In this document: one piece after another, positions 19,406 through 29,386 of the stretch | Layout of the letters: the number at the start of each line of letters is the position of its first letter | Position numbering within the stretch: position 1 is the stretch's first letter | Source: Phycisphaerae bacterium | GTDB taxonomy: Bacteria > Planctomycetota > Phycisphaerae > SM23-33 | Direction: 5' to 3' | DNA length: 64,000 bases | Assembly (NCBI GenBank): GCA_039683615.1 | Contig: JBDKRA010000017.1 | Location: 266,235-330,234, forward strand | The notes under the pieces: generated by a model | Told to the model about the DNA's origin: nothing | Seen by the model: the letters and a program-made list of their open reading frames with translations, nothing else | Databases searched by the model: none | Position numbers and translations under genes: made by a program

Positions 19406-19912
19406 CTAGTGGGCTTGTGCTGGTTGGGTGGCCGACTGCCGCGCCGCTTTTGCTTCACTGCCAAAACACTGCTGCATGCCCATGAGGAATACGAGGTTGT
19501 TCTCCAACGGGGTTATGATGCGCCAAGGAGGCGAATCCCATTTTTCCTCCAGCGGTTTGCCGTCGGGGCCCAGACACCGCTCATGGCAACGGTTGCCGCC
19601 GGCAAGGAACAGGATCCAATACGAAACGGAATACTCATCGAGCTTTAGCCGGACAATCCGCCCTTGCGGATCCTGCTCAACACAAAGAGTATTTCGGATC
19701 ATACCGACGGGGAACACCAACTGCCGATATTCCACGACTTCGTATCGGTTCTCCTTATCTTCCCGGACGATTACGTCCTTTGGAAATGTAGATTTGTCCA
19801 AGGGCCTGCCCAGTTCCAGGGTCTGATAAGACCGCGGCAACTGCGCGCAGCCCCCCAACGCCAAGAAGCAGCCCGCTATGCATATTGTGAATCGTTGCAC
19901 GTGCTCATCCAT
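19406..19912 (-). CDS. Hypothetical lipoprotein
   Basis: Lipobox LGGC after a hydrophobic stretch; overlaps the Fic gene stop. Confidence 0.55.
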   Translation of the reverse strand: MDEHVQRFTICIAGCFLALGGCAQLPRSYQTLELGRPLDKSTFPKDVIVREDKENRYEVVEYRQLVFPVGMIRNTLCVEQDPQGRIVRLKLDEYSVSYWILFLAGGNRCHERCLGPDGKPLEEKWDSPPWRIITPLENNLVFLMGMQQCFGSEAKAARQSATQPAQAH

Positions 19913-21071
19913 CCTGATTAGGGGTGAGCCTGGCCGGTTCGTCCAGGATGTCCATGATGGCGGTGGCGCAGAAGACGCGGTCGCGGCGGGCGTCGGTGGT
20001 CTGCTGCAGGATGCCCGACTGGACGAGCTTTTCCACCGCGCGGCGAGCGGTAGTAAAAGCAACGCCCAGGCGCTGGGAAGCTTTGCTGATTGTCCAGTAC
20101 GGGTTCTCTGCAAGCAGGTCGATCATCTGCGCAGGGACGCGAGACGTGGCGGTTGACACGTTCTCACGCCACTTGGACGTCAATGCGTTGATGCGTTCGG
20201 CGCGGCTGAGGGCGTCTGCGGACATGCGGGCCACGCCGTTGAGGAAGTACTCCAGCCACGCACCCCATGCCGCGTCGGTGCCGACGGCCGAGAGATGATC
20301 GTAGTAATCGCCCCGGGTGGCGTCGAAGAACGCACTGAGATACAGCAGCGGCGTGGGCAGAACCTCGCGATCGATCAGAAACAGCGTAATCAGCAGCCGC
20401 CCCACGCGGCCGTTGCCGTCGAGGAAGGGATGGACGGCCTCGAACTGGTAATGCATCAACGCGGCCTGGACCAGTGGCGGCAGCGAGCGGTCGTGCAGAA
20501 ACTTTTCCCACTCGCCCAGGCACGCCATCAATTCCTCCGGCGGCGGGGGCACGAAAGTGGCATTGGCCAGCGTGCCTCCGGGCGGGCCGATCCAGTTCTG
20601 GCTGCGGCGGAACTCGCCCGGGGTAGCCACGCCGCCGTGGACCCCCTGCATCAGCTTCGCGTGGATCTCCTTGACCAGCCGCAGGGAAAGGGGAAGCTTC
20701 TTGAGTATCTTGATGCCATGGTCCAGGGCGACCACGTAGTTGCCCACTTCGCGCAGGTCTTCGGGGCTGCGGGCCACGGCCGCTCCGGCGTCGGCGGCGA
20801 GCAATTCCCCCAGCGTGGCCTGGGTGCCTTCGATCCGGCTGGACAGGACGGCCTCACGTTTGATGAACGGCCGCATGAGCAGGTGCGGGTTGGGCAGGCT
20901 GCGGCCCTCGCCGGCGAGCTGGCCAATCAGGCGATCGGCCCCGGACAAGGCGCGGAGCAGCTTGGGCGTCCAGATGATTTCGGGGGGCAACGGGGCGGGA
21001 ATAAACGCCCGAACCCCGCCCGCACATCGCACGTAGCGCCCGGTGAGAGGTTGAGTTGAGGGCTTCTTCAT
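19905..21071 (-). CDS. Fic family protein with N-terminal inhibitory motif and C-terminal HTH
   Basis: Canonical HPFLDGNGRVGR; SSRIEGT inhibitory motif. Confidence 0.92.
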   Translation of the reverse strand: MKKPSTQPLTGRYVRCAGGVRAFIPAPLPPEIIWTPKLLRALSGADRLIGQLAGEGRSLPNPHLLMRPFIKREAVLSSRIEGTQATLGELLAADAGAAVARSPEDLREVGNYVVALDHGIKILKKLPLSLRLVKEIHAKLMQGVHGGVATPGEFRRSQNWIGPPGGTLANATFVPPPPEELMACLGEWEKFLHDRSLPPLVQAALMHYQFEAVHPFLDGNGRVGRLLITLFLIDREVLPTPLLYLSAFFDATRGDYYDHLSAVGTDAAWGAWLEYFLNGVARMSADALSRAERINALTSKWRENVSTATSRVPAQMIDLLAENPYWTISKASQRLGVAFTTARRAVEKLVQSGILQQTTDARRDRVFCATAIMDILDEPARLTPNQDG

Positions 21072-21216
21072 GTCTGGAATCTTATTTGCGGAGGCGAAAA
21101 TAAGCAAGGGCGTTATTTTCGATTTTGGGCAAACTCGCTAATAGCAGATTCGGCATCTTTGATCGCGGCGCGGGCGAGCACCTGGCGGGGCGAAACGTCC
21201 AGCGGCACGAGGGGAC

Positions 21217-21359
21217 GGGTGTCACGCACAACTCCGTTGTGCGTGTCCCCGATCGTTGACCCCAGATCCGCTGAGCACGGTTGACCCCTATGCCACCCAA
21301 GAGCATGGGCGGGACGCCCATGCCACACAGAAAGAGCATGGGCGAGACGCCCATGCCAC
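21217..21359. repeat. Cluster of palindromic repeats: one family B copy and 2-3 tandem family A REPs
   Basis: gcatgggcg(g/a)gacgcccatgccac at 21303-21326 and 21336-21359, a degenerate copy near 21274-21296, family B at 21217-21248. Confidence 0.85.
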
Positions 21360-21605
21360 GCGGGGGCGGGCAGCAGATCGTCGAGGCTCTGGATGTTCAC
21401 GCCGGTGATGATCGAGCCGCCGGCGCTTGTGATGTACGCGGCCAACGCGTCGGCGAGGCTTTGCGAGCGGCCGCGGGGCAGCGGCTTTGGACTTCTTGCC
21501 GGCGACCATGCCGCATAGAATAGACTGCTGTTGTGTCATGTTCGGGCACTTGTGATCTTTGCGGCCCGATGGTCCGCCGCGGCGGCACGGAACTGGAGAC
21601 ATCCC

Positions 21606-22037
21606 ATGGCGACAGGTAAGTTGCATCTGCTGGTGCTGCACTTTCCGCTGGCGCTGATTATCGTGGCGGCCTTGGCCGACGCCCTTTGGCTCTGGCGGCG
21701 CAAGACGATTTTTCAGGAGGCCGGGTATTTCTGCATCGTGCTGGGGGCCGCCGCGGCCATCCCCGCCATGGCAACGGGGATCATGCTCATAAGCACGATG
21801 AATCTCACGGGCGATGTCGCCGAACTGGGCGAGATGCACGAGTCGCTGGGGATCATGACCACGACGGTCGCGGCCCTGGCGGCGGTGGTCCGGATACTGC
21901 GGAAGAACAAGCTTTCGGGAACGTGGGGCTGGGCCTATGCCGTGCTGATCGCCGCGGCGGCGGCCTTGGTCGCGCTGACCGGGCACTACGGCGGGCTGCT
22001 GGCGTTCGGCAAGGACTACCTGTCGAATATCTTCTGA
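21606..22037 (+). CDS. DUF2231-like membrane protein
   Basis: LHLLVLHFPLAL start, H in EMHESLG, C-terminal TGHYGGLL; RBS ggag. Confidence 0.75.
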   Translation: MATGKLHLLVLHFPLALIIVAALADALWLWRRKTIFQEAGYFCIVLGAAAAIPAMATGIMLISTMNLTGDVAELGEMHESLGIMTTTVAALAAVVRILRKNKLSGTWGWAYAVLIAAAAALVALTGHYGGLLAFGKDYLSNIF

Positions 22038-22111
22038 CGCGGTCGTGCGGCCAACCGCGCGCCCGGCGCGCTTATAATTATAAAGGATGCCGGGCAGTGG
22101 AGGGCCAAGCC

Positions 22112-22411
22112 ATGAAGTATTTCGTGATCGCATCGTACTGGGTCAAGGACTTTCAGGCGTTTCGCAACGAGTTTGACTCGGCGCAGGAGATGCTGCAATC
22201 GTCGGGCTTCAAGAGGACCTACCTCAACCGCGACGTGGAAGACCCCAGCCACCTGATCGTCGTCCACGAGTGCGAGGATGTCGACAAGGCCCGCGCGTTC
22301 TATGAGTCCAGGGAATTCAAGGACTGCCTGGGCCGGGCCGGGGTCGTCGACGGGCCGCATCTGACGTACATCGAAGAGCTGGCGCGGACTCGCGAGACGA
22401 TCATCGTCTGA
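22112..22411 (+). CDS. Small dimeric alpha/beta-barrel (ABM-like) protein
   Basis: 99 aa with RBS ggagg; VKDFQAF...EDPSHLIVVHE...KARAFYES. Confidence 0.65.
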   Translation: MKYFVIASYWVKDFQAFRNEFDSAQEMLQSSGFKRTYLNRDVEDPSHLIVVHECEDVDKARAFYESREFKDCLGRAGVVDGPHLTYIEELARTRETIIV

Positions 22412-22423
22412 CGAGCGAACCCG

Positions 22424-22711
22424 TCAGAGACCTTCGACGATCACCGCGCGGTAGTCGGCGCCTTTGAAGCGGTGCTCACGCACCTTGCGATACGCCGGGC
22501 TGTCGTACCACGCCTTGGCCGCGGCGATGGAGGGGAACTCCAGGATTACCACGCCCTCGACGGCCGCGCCCTCGAGCATCACCTGCGGCCCATACGCCGC
22601 CAGCACCTTGACGGGATGCCCCTCGAGCGTCGGGCCAACCTGATCGGAGTACTGCTTCATCTCAGCCGCATCGCGCATTCTCTCGCGCGTGAAAACAGCA
22701 TACGCTGCCAT
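22424..22711 (-). CDS. DUF1330 family protein
   Basis: VVILEFPSIAAAKAWYDSPAY...VEG; RBS aggag. Confidence 0.85.
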   Translation of the reverse strand: MAAYAVFTRERMRDAAEMKQYSDQVGPTLEGHPVKVLAAYGPQVMLEGAAVEGVVILEFPSIAAAKAWYDSPAYRKVREHRFKGADYRAVIVEGL

Positions 22712-22843
22712 AGTGGTCTCCTTTGAGAACATTGTACCGCCGCGCCTCCTTAGCCCACTTACAGAATAGTAGAAGCCGCCAATGGAGGCTGCGGGGTATA
22801 ATCCCGCCGACTTGGTCCATCCCTCTTTCAAGGCGAAAGAACC

Positions 22844-23950
22844 ATGCGACAACCTTACGACATCGCGGCGTACTACTGGCCGGCGTATCACGACGAGCCT
22901 CGGTGGCGGCGGTTCATGCCGCAGGGGCAGGGAGAGTGGCAGACGATCCGCGCGGCGGCGCCGAAGTTCGAGGGGCACTGGCAGCCGCGCGTGCCGGCAT
23001 GGGGGTATCAGGACGAGTCCGACCCGCGCGTCATGGAGCAGAAGATCGCCGCGGCGGCTGGGCACGGCGTCAACGTGTTCATCTTCGACTGGTACTGGTA
23101 TGACAATCAGCCGTTCCTCGAGGAGGCGCTTAATCGGGGCTTCCTCGGCGCGGGGAATAACGGCGATATCCGCTTCTACATCATGTGGGCCAACCACGAC
23201 GCCTCGACGCTGTGGGACCTGGAGCAGTCGCACGCGTACAAGCAGATCTATCCCGGCGCGGTGGACCGCCCGACGTTCGACACTGCCACGCAGCGGCTGA
23301 TCGAGCGGTATTTCGGCCATCCGTCGTACTACCGCATCGACGATAAGCCGGTGCTGTCGATCTATGAGGTCGGCACGCTGATCCGTGGCCTGGGCGGGCT
23401 CGATGCTGCGCGAGAGGCGTTGGAATCGCTGCGCCGGCGCGTAGCGGCTGCGGGTTTTGCCGGCTTGCACCTCCAGGCCATCCTGTGGCGCAATGTCCCG
23501 CCGTCCAAGGGCGGTGTTCTGGACGCCCCGGGGGGCTCACAGGCCGAGACGATCGCCTACCTGGGCTTCGACAGCCTCACCAACTACCAGTGGGCCCACT
23601 ACGTCCCGGCCGACGGTCCCTACGACGCGTGGGGCCGAGCGGCCACTGCAGCTTGGGGCAAGTGGGCCGACGAGTTCTCGATAGCGTTCTATCCGCATGT
23701 GTCGATCGGCTGGGACACCAACCCACGCTTCAAGACGACCCTGCACGGCCTTGTGACGCAGACGAGTCCTGAGCTCTTCGGCGGGTTCATGCGTCAAGCC
23801 ATGGATTTCGTGGACGCTCGCCGGCTGGCGCCGCGCCTGATCACCGTCAATAGCTGGAACGAATGGAGCGAAGGGAGCTATCTGGAGCCCGATACTGTTT
23901 TCGGCAACGGATACCTCGAAGCCGTGCGCCGCGCTCTGGGTGGACTGTAG
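22844..23950 (+). CDS. GH99-like / WbsX-family glycoside hydrolase
   Basis: AAYYWPAYH, FIFDWYWY, MWANH, NSWNEWSEGSYLEPD. Confidence 0.85.
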   Translation: MRQPYDIAAYYWPAYHDEPRWRRFMPQGQGEWQTIRAAAPKFEGHWQPRVPAWGYQDESDPRVMEQKIAAAAGHGVNVFIFDWYWYDNQPFLEEALNRGFLGAGNNGDIRFYIMWANHDASTLWDLEQSHAYKQIYPGAVDRPTFDTATQRLIERYFGHPSYYRIDDKPVLSIYEVGTLIRGLGGLDAAREALESLRRRVAAAGFAGLHLQAILWRNVPPSKGGVLDAPGGSQAETIAYLGFDSLTNYQWAHYVPADGPYDAWGRAATAAWGKWADEFSIAFYPHVSIGWDTNPRFKTTLHGLVTQTSPELFGGFMRQAMDFVDARRLAPRLITVNSWNEWSEGSYLEPDTVFGNGYLEAVRRALGGL

Positions 23951-23982
23951 CCGCAGGCGGCAGCGGCCTGCAAAGAATACCG

Positions 23983-24007
23983 GGAACTCTTGGGCCGCTG
24001 CGGCGTC
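23983..24007 (+). promoter_or_regulatory. Putative ECF sigma promoter GGAAC-N16-CGTC
   Basis: Same CCGGGAAC-N15-GCGTC layout as 2371-2398; 40 nt upstream of ATG 24048. Confidence 0.55.
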
Positions 24008-24047
24008 CAACCCGGCGAGACAGATTAACCCGAACCGGAGACTTGGA

Positions 24048-24677
24048 ATGAAGACGATCGTTACGATGCTGACGTTGGCGGTCTGCTGCGGCGTGGCGGC
24101 GGCTGGGCTTTGTTCCAAGTGCACGGGAAAGATGTTCACGTGCGACATCGGCAAGTGCACGGGCTGCGGGGGCGACACCTCCAGCGGGGCCTTCAAGCTC
24201 TGCCACGCGTGCTCTGACAAGCAGGGCAAGTGTCAGGCCTGCCTGGCCCCGCTGGCGGCAGCGACCCAGCCGGCGGCCCAGGCGGCGGACAAATCTGCCG
24301 GGAAGTCCGCTGAGAAGCCCGCTGCGCTGATGGTGCTTGACGACCAGAACGGCAAGAGCGTCGAACTCGTCGTCGGCCAAAGCGTGGTCATTCGCCTCAA
24401 AGGCAATATGACCACGGGCTTTGCGTGGCACCTGGGCAAGGTCGAGGGTGACGCGGCCAAGCTGCTGGGCAAGATCGAGTACGAGCCTGACCCCGCGCGT
24501 GGGCGCGTCGGATCGGGTGGAACGTTCGTCACTACATTCGAGGCCGTCAAGGTCGGACAGGCGACTGTCGTCCTGGAATACAAACGCCCATGGGAAAAGG
24601 ACACCCCGCCGGCCAAGACCTTCAAGCTGACCATGCAGGTGAAAGCCGCCCTCGCTGCCGCGGATGCTGTCCCATAG
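24048..24677 (+). CDS. Secreted protein: Cys-rich 4xCxxC domain plus chagasin/I42 protease-inhibitor domain
   Basis: Signal peptide; GNMTTGFAW, VGSGG and YKRPWE chagasin loops. Confidence 0.85.
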   Translation: MKTIVTMLTLAVCCGVAAAGLCSKCTGKMFTCDIGKCTGCGGDTSSGAFKLCHACSDKQGKCQACLAPLAAATQPAAQAADKSAGKSAEKPAALMVLDDQNGKSVELVVGQSVVIRLKGNMTTGFAWHLGKVEGDAAKLLGKIEYEPDPARGRVGSGGTFVTTFEAVKVGQATVVLEYKRPWEKDTPPAKTFKLTMQVKAALAAADAVP

Positions 24678-24762
24678 CCTCTTACGCTATCGACGTGCGA
24701 GCCTACGCGGAGTTGATATCATCGAGAATATCAGCTTATGCGTAAGCTCCGGCCGTCTGCGT

Positions 24763-25389
24763 TCAGACTCGATGCCCGGCCACGGCGAGCCGTTTGACGG
24801 CGGACTGCATGCGGAAGGTGGCCACAATCGACACGATCATCCATATCGGCCAGCCGATGAAGAACAGCCCGTAGAGCGTCGTGCGGCAGTATCCCAGGCA
24901 ATCGAACGCCATCCGCTCCGCAAAGAGCAATATCCACCCCGATACGAAGAGGGCGACATGAGCTACAACCCAAACATATGTTGCCCCCAGAGACAGCCAG
25001 TTATCCGATTCAGCTCTTGCTCCCCCCAGGAGGAACAGGGCTATCATGAGCAACTCCACGCCAAAGGCCGGTCCGGCCACGAGCATCACACGGAACTGCT
25101 TGCGGGCCGCCTGGACGATAATGCTGTATTGCTCAGATGTCGCTTGAGGCTGCCCCGCGATCCCATGCGTCTGCGTGGTGCGTTTGCATTGTGGGCACGC
25201 AAAAAGCACGCCCACCTTGTCCCAGGCGCGATAAGTGACTCGTCCGCACTTGCGGCATTGAACCGCTATCGTTCCCCAATCAGGCATAGCTGCGCTCCCA
25301 GCCACGTTTACGAATGTCACAAAATGGAACGAACGAGAAACTACGCGATGTTCGCCATGTGTTTCAAGGAGGATCTTGAGGATATTCAT
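24763..25389 (-). CDS. Hypothetical membrane protein with N-terminal zinc ribbon
   Basis: CRKC...CPQC followed by three hydrophobic segments; start uncertain. Confidence 0.5.
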   Translation of the reverse strand: MNILKILLETHGEHRVVSRSFHFVTFVNVAGSAAMPDWGTIAVQCRKCGRVTYRAWDKVGVLFACPQCKRTTQTHGIAGQPQATSEQYSIIVQAARKQFRVMLVAGPAFGVELLMIALFLLGGARAESDNWLSLGATYVWVVAHVALFVSGWILLFAERMAFDCLGYCRTTLYGLFFIGWPIWMIVSIVATFRMQSAVKRLAVAGHRV

Positions 25390-25458
25390 GAATGATGTTC
25401 GGTCCCACGACGCAAAGACCAGCGCGGGAATCGATCCAGACCGGAGCGATAACTCAGT

Positions 25459-25504
25459 ACGGGCGGGACGCCCGTGTTGCTCATGGGCAAGATGCCCATG
25501 CTAC
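25459..25504. repeat. REP-like palindromes (family A variant)
   Basis: acgggcgggacgcccgt and catgggcaagatgcccatgctac; its GTAG end supplies the stop codon of the adjacent gene. Confidence 0.75.
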
Positions 25505-27384
25505 TCCTGAGATGGCGTAATCCAGAATGGGCTCAGCCAGGCGCAGTGGCCGTCGCTCTGGCGCAGGCGGATGTAATAGTACTCGTGGGGCGGGTTCTTG
25601 CGGGCGGCCGGCGGGGTGTCGGTCCACTCGATGCTCACATCGTGCTGGTCGGCGGTGGCCTGAAAGCTCTTGAGCACCTTGCCGCAATGGATGATCTGCG
25701 TCTCTGCGATCGGCGCCGTGCCGCGCACGACGATCGTGAACTTCCGCGGCTGGTTCGGGGCGGCCTTGACGTCGCTGCCGATCGGGGCGCCGTTCAGGCG
25801 GGCGTCGGCCACGATCCGCGCGCCGCTGGTGGCGTAGCAGCGGCGCTGGGCGATGGCGTCGTAGACCCCGGCCGTGTCGAGCGTCTGGGCCTGAACGGCC
25901 GTGATGGCGTGGAAGACGGCCTGGGGCTGGCCCGGCAGCGGGCGGTGGTTGTCCGAGTCGCCGGTGAAGGCCGGCTTGTACCCCAGCGACAGCGCGTAGC
26001 GGATGGAGCTGTCGTCCTTGCCGGCATGACCGCCGGCGTGCCACTGGGGCTCATTCTCGTACGATTCCTGCGACGCCGGTCCGCGCATGATCTCGCCGGC
26101 GGCGAACGCGGATTTGTCGGCGATGTCGGGCCAGCGGGCGTTCTCGCCCAGCGGATGGGCCACGGCGATCATCGTCTTGCCGGCGATCATCACGCCGCTT
26201 AAGGCCTTGCAGAAACCCGCCGAATCGAGCCCGCCCCGGGAGCCCACGTGCTTGACGTAGGCGGCCATCGCCTTCTCGAAGCTGTCGAAATCGCGCGCCA
26301 TGAGCAACTGGTGTCCGGGCGGCCCGGCGATTTCCAGCGCCGGCACGCGGCAGAACTTGCCGGTCTGCTCGTGCCGGCGGCCGATGCGGGCGTAGTCGAC
26401 GTACGTCAGGTTGGCGAAGTCGCCCTGTTCGCTGATGTGGTCGCCGGGCCCGGTGAAGTCCAGGCCGATGCGGGTCCGTGCCCACGCGATCACGTCGTCG
26501 GTGGGGTAGTCGCCATCGGAGAAGCTGGTGTGCACGTGGATGTCGCCGAAGTAGATCGCCCGGGCGTCCATGCCCCGCGGCAGCGGGCTGCTGCGGCAGG
26601 TGCGCCCGGCGCTGTCGCTCACGTGCAGCGCGGGGGCCTCCTGCAGCTCCGCCGGCAATGGCGCCTCGGTCAACTCGCAGCCGGCCCTGGCCGGCACCGT
26701 CATCGACTTGCCGCCCTCGCCGCGGATCGTGTAGGTCACGCCCGCGCTGTCGGCGGGATTGTCGGCCTTGTCGAAGGCCTGGATCTGCAGCCGCCCGTCG
26801 GCCTTGCGGTATGCCTTGATGTACTGCGCCGGGCCGCTGAGGGTCCGCACGATCAGCGGCTCGCTCACCGGCGCGGCGGGCTCCTTGGCGGCCGTCACCG
26901 GCTCAAGCCACACGCCCGCCTGGCGCATCGTGTATCGCTGCGTCACGGGCGAGACGCCGTCATACTTGCGGCCGCGGACGGTGACCTTCGTGCCGGCGGG
27001 CAGGTCGCGCGGGGCTTTGACAATGGCCATGAGCCCGGACTGCTCGTACGCGCCCCACTTGCCCATGATGTCCGCAAAGGTCGGCACGTCGCGCAGGGCC
27101 AGCGGCTCGGCCACCCCTTCGACCGTGACGCTGGTGACCTGGAAGATGCCGACGATCAGCGGTCGCAACCGGCCCTCCTGGCGCAGGCGCAGCTCGGCGC
27201 CTGCGACAACCTTGCGGCTGAGCACCAGGTCAAAAGCCATCTCCGCCAGGTCCAGCCGCACGCCCGCCACCTTTGCCTGCCGATCCGCGCCAGCCCCGCT
27301 CGGTGTCGCAGCCGCGGCAGAACTCGCCGCACAACCGGCAATGAAGATGCTCGCCACCAGAAGAACGATGATCACCTGCGTCAT
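25501..27384 (-). CDS. Lipoprotein, PHP-family (DUF3604/CehA-like) metallohydrolase
   Basis: Lipobox IAGC; FGDIHVHTSFSDG, GDH, GDSDNH, RRCYATSG, AWLSPFW. Confidence 0.8.
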   Translation of the reverse strand: MTQVIIVLLVASIFIAGCAASSAAAATPSGAGADRQAKVAGVRLDLAEMAFDLVLSRKVVAGAELRLRQEGRLRPLIVGIFQVTSVTVEGVAEPLALRDVPTFADIMGKWGAYEQSGLMAIVKAPRDLPAGTKVTVRGRKYDGVSPVTQRYTMRQAGVWLEPVTAAKEPAAPVSEPLIVRTLSGPAQYIKAYRKADGRLQIQAFDKADNPADSAGVTYTIRGEGGKSMTVPARAGCELTEAPLPAELQEAPALHVSDSAGRTCRSSPLPRGMDARAIYFGDIHVHTSFSDGDYPTDDVIAWARTRIGLDFTGPGDHISEQGDFANLTYVDYARIGRRHEQTGKFCRVPALEIAGPPGHQLLMARDFDSFEKAMAAYVKHVGSRGGLDSAGFCKALSGVMIAGKTMIAVAHPLGENARWPDIADKSAFAAGEIMRGPASQESYENEPQWHAGGHAGKDDSSIRYALSLGYKPAFTGDSDNHRPLPGQPQAVFHAITAVQAQTLDTAGVYDAIAQRRCYATSGARIVADARLNGAPIGSDVKAAPNQPRKFTIVVRGTAPIAETQIIHCGKVLKSFQATADQHDVSIEWTDTPPAARKNPPHEYYYIRLRQSDGHCAWLSPFWITPSQE

Positions 27385-27542
27385 GCTCTCAGCTCCCTTG
27401 CTCGTCAGTGAGTCCGGCAGCGCCGCCCGCGCAGTGATTCTACCACGCGATGGTCCCTCGCACAGGCTCTCTGTTATAATGACCGCATGCCTATGTCACG
27501 AGAGAGTCACTCTGAACATTGATGGCGTCACAGGAGCACTCC

Positions 27543-29339
27543 ATGCACCAAATGAAAGCAAGCCTCGTCCTGGGTCTGGTCATCGCCGCGGCCATCGCCC
27601 TGGCCGCCCCGCTGCGGGCCGAAGAGGCCAACGGCCCCTTCGAGAACATCAAGTTCACACCTGTGGCCGCCACCTGGCAGTACAGCAACGACGGCGGCAA
27701 GACGTTCTCTGCCAAGGTTCTTCCCCCTCCTCCGCCAGGCCGCGAGAGCCCCAAGGACCACGTCGATACGTCCATGTACCAGTATGTCTGGAAGGGCACG
27801 TTCGACATCCCCGACCCGGCGAAGGTAGCCGGCGCGTTCGTCCGCATCTTTGAGAACAGCAGCCTGCCCGCAGGACCCCGCGCGTCCATCTGCAATGGCG
27901 ACCTCACGGCGGCCTCCGGCGGCTACTGGAAGGACCTGGGCTACTGCCCCACGCTGCTGGATGCGGTCATCAAGCTCAACGGAAAGGAAATCGAGTTGGC
28001 CCACGGGCCGATGCTGCAGTTCTGGGTCCCGCTGATCGGCCTTCAGGCCGGCGCCAACACCATCGAAATGAGCGGCCACGTGTACTCGTTCTGGGGCGGG
28101 GGTGGAGCCCGGGGGCCCTCCAGCGCCCTCGACGCCAAGATCATCGCAGCCGAGCCGCAACCGGCGAATATCTTCAACGGTCCGATCCTCGGCGACTTCG
28201 GCGGGGGATATTTTACACTGGCCTGCCGCACGCAGCTCCCAGCCGATCTGACGATCGAGGCCACGCCCGTCGAACCGCCGGGCCCGCCCGTGACGGTCAC
28301 CTCCAAGGGCGCCGTCTGGCACCGTGTGCGGGTCGAGGTGCCCAAGGGCACGAGCAAGCTTACCTACACGGTTTCGGCCAAGGTGGGCCAGCACGTGACG
28401 AAGCGAGGTCCCTATGCCGTCACGTTACCGGGCAAGGATTTCCGCTTCATCGCCTTCGGTTTCGCGATGCAGCACCCGGTCGATGACGCCAACGTGGCGA
28501 AGGATCCCTGGGCCATCGGGTCGCGGTTGATTCTCAAGGCCCGCCCGGACTTCGTCTGCAACACCGGCGACCTGCTCGAGCAGGAGGCCTGGTCGTTCAA
28601 CTGGGAGTCGGCGTATACCGGTCCGGCGGCCGAGATGCTGGCCCGCGTGCCGACGCTGATCACGCCGGCCAACCGCGACTGGACGGGCATCCTTAGCGAG
28701 CTGCACTGGTCGCCCGCGGCCGACACGTACGCCCACAACTGGACGAAGGTGGTAGGCCCCGTACGATTCATCTGCATCGACGGCAACGAGTCCTGGGTGC
28801 GGGGCGGCGCGAACGCCAAGTGGCTCGAAGGCATTCTCGTCGCGGCCAAGGACAAGTTCATCGTTGTGCTCAGCGGGTATCCGGCGTATTCCTCCGGCGT
28901 CAACAGCAAAGGTCTCTATGGCGGGCGAAAGCAGGTCCGCGACGTCGTCATGCCGCTGCTGGACAAATACAAGGCCACCATGATGCTCTCCTGTTGGGAC
29001 CCGGGGTATGAGCGCATCGAACCCCAGCCGGGAAAGGGCTGTACTCAGATCGTCACCAGTTGCAGCGGCTGGAAGGCCTTCCACCGCTGGAACACGCAGT
29101 TTGGTTCGCACGGCCAGGGGCCCACCGGACCCACCGCCAACGCCCGCGGCACCTTTGGCAAGGTAACCCTCCCTGACGGCCGAGAGTGGTGCGGCTACTG
29201 CGGCACCCGCCATTTCTGCGTCTTCGATGTCAAGGACGACGTGATCCGCATGCAGGTTCTGGCCTGCGGCAGCAGCCCGGATGTCGACATCAAGGACTTG
29301 AAGGTTCTCGACGAGAAGACCTTCAAGCCGAGGCCGTAG
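27543..29339 (+). CDS. Secreted purple-acid-phosphatase-fold protein with degenerate metal ligands
   Basis: Signal peptide; PDFVCNTGDL, VRFICID and YER in PAP order; His ligands replaced. Confidence 0.7.
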   Translation: MHQMKASLVLGLVIAAAIALAAPLRAEEANGPFENIKFTPVAATWQYSNDGGKTFSAKVLPPPPPGRESPKDHVDTSMYQYVWKGTFDIPDPAKVAGAFVRIFENSSLPAGPRASICNGDLTAASGGYWKDLGYCPTLLDAVIKLNGKEIELAHGPMLQFWVPLIGLQAGANTIEMSGHVYSFWGGGGARGPSSALDAKIIAAEPQPANIFNGPILGDFGGGYFTLACRTQLPADLTIEATPVEPPGPPVTVTSKGAVWHRVRVEVPKGTSKLTYTVSAKVGQHVTKRGPYAVTLPGKDFRFIAFGFAMQHPVDDANVAKDPWAIGSRLILKARPDFVCNTGDLLEQEAWSFNWESAYTGPAAEMLARVPTLITPANRDWTGILSELHWSPAADTYAHNWTKVVGPVRFICIDGNESWVRGGANAKWLEGILVAAKDKFIVVLSGYPAYSSGVNSKGLYGGRKQVRDVVMPLLDKYKATMMLSCWDPGYERIEPQPGKGCTQIVTSCSGWKAFHRWNTQFGSHGQGPTGPTANARGTFGKVTLPDGREWCGYCGTRHFCVFDVKDDVIRMQVLACGSSPDVDIKDLKVLDEKTFKPRP

Positions 29340-29359
29340 CACGGGCGTCTCGCCCCTGC
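29336..29359 (+). repeat. REP (family A) overlapping a stop codon
   Basis: gtagcacgggcgtctcgcccctgc; the TAG of GTAG is the upstream gene's stop. Confidence 0.75.
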
Positions 29360-29386
29360 TCCCTGACCGTTCAAAGGAGAATCGTG

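Noticed and set aside
21274-21359. Repeats with short spacers resembling a mini CRISPR
   Set aside because: Spacers are under 10 nt, the unit is a dispersed REP palindrome, and no cas genes are present
24678-25458. Integron cassette explanation for small foreign-looking genes
   Set aside because: No convincing attC (RYYYAAC...GTTRRRY) structure and no integron integrase seen
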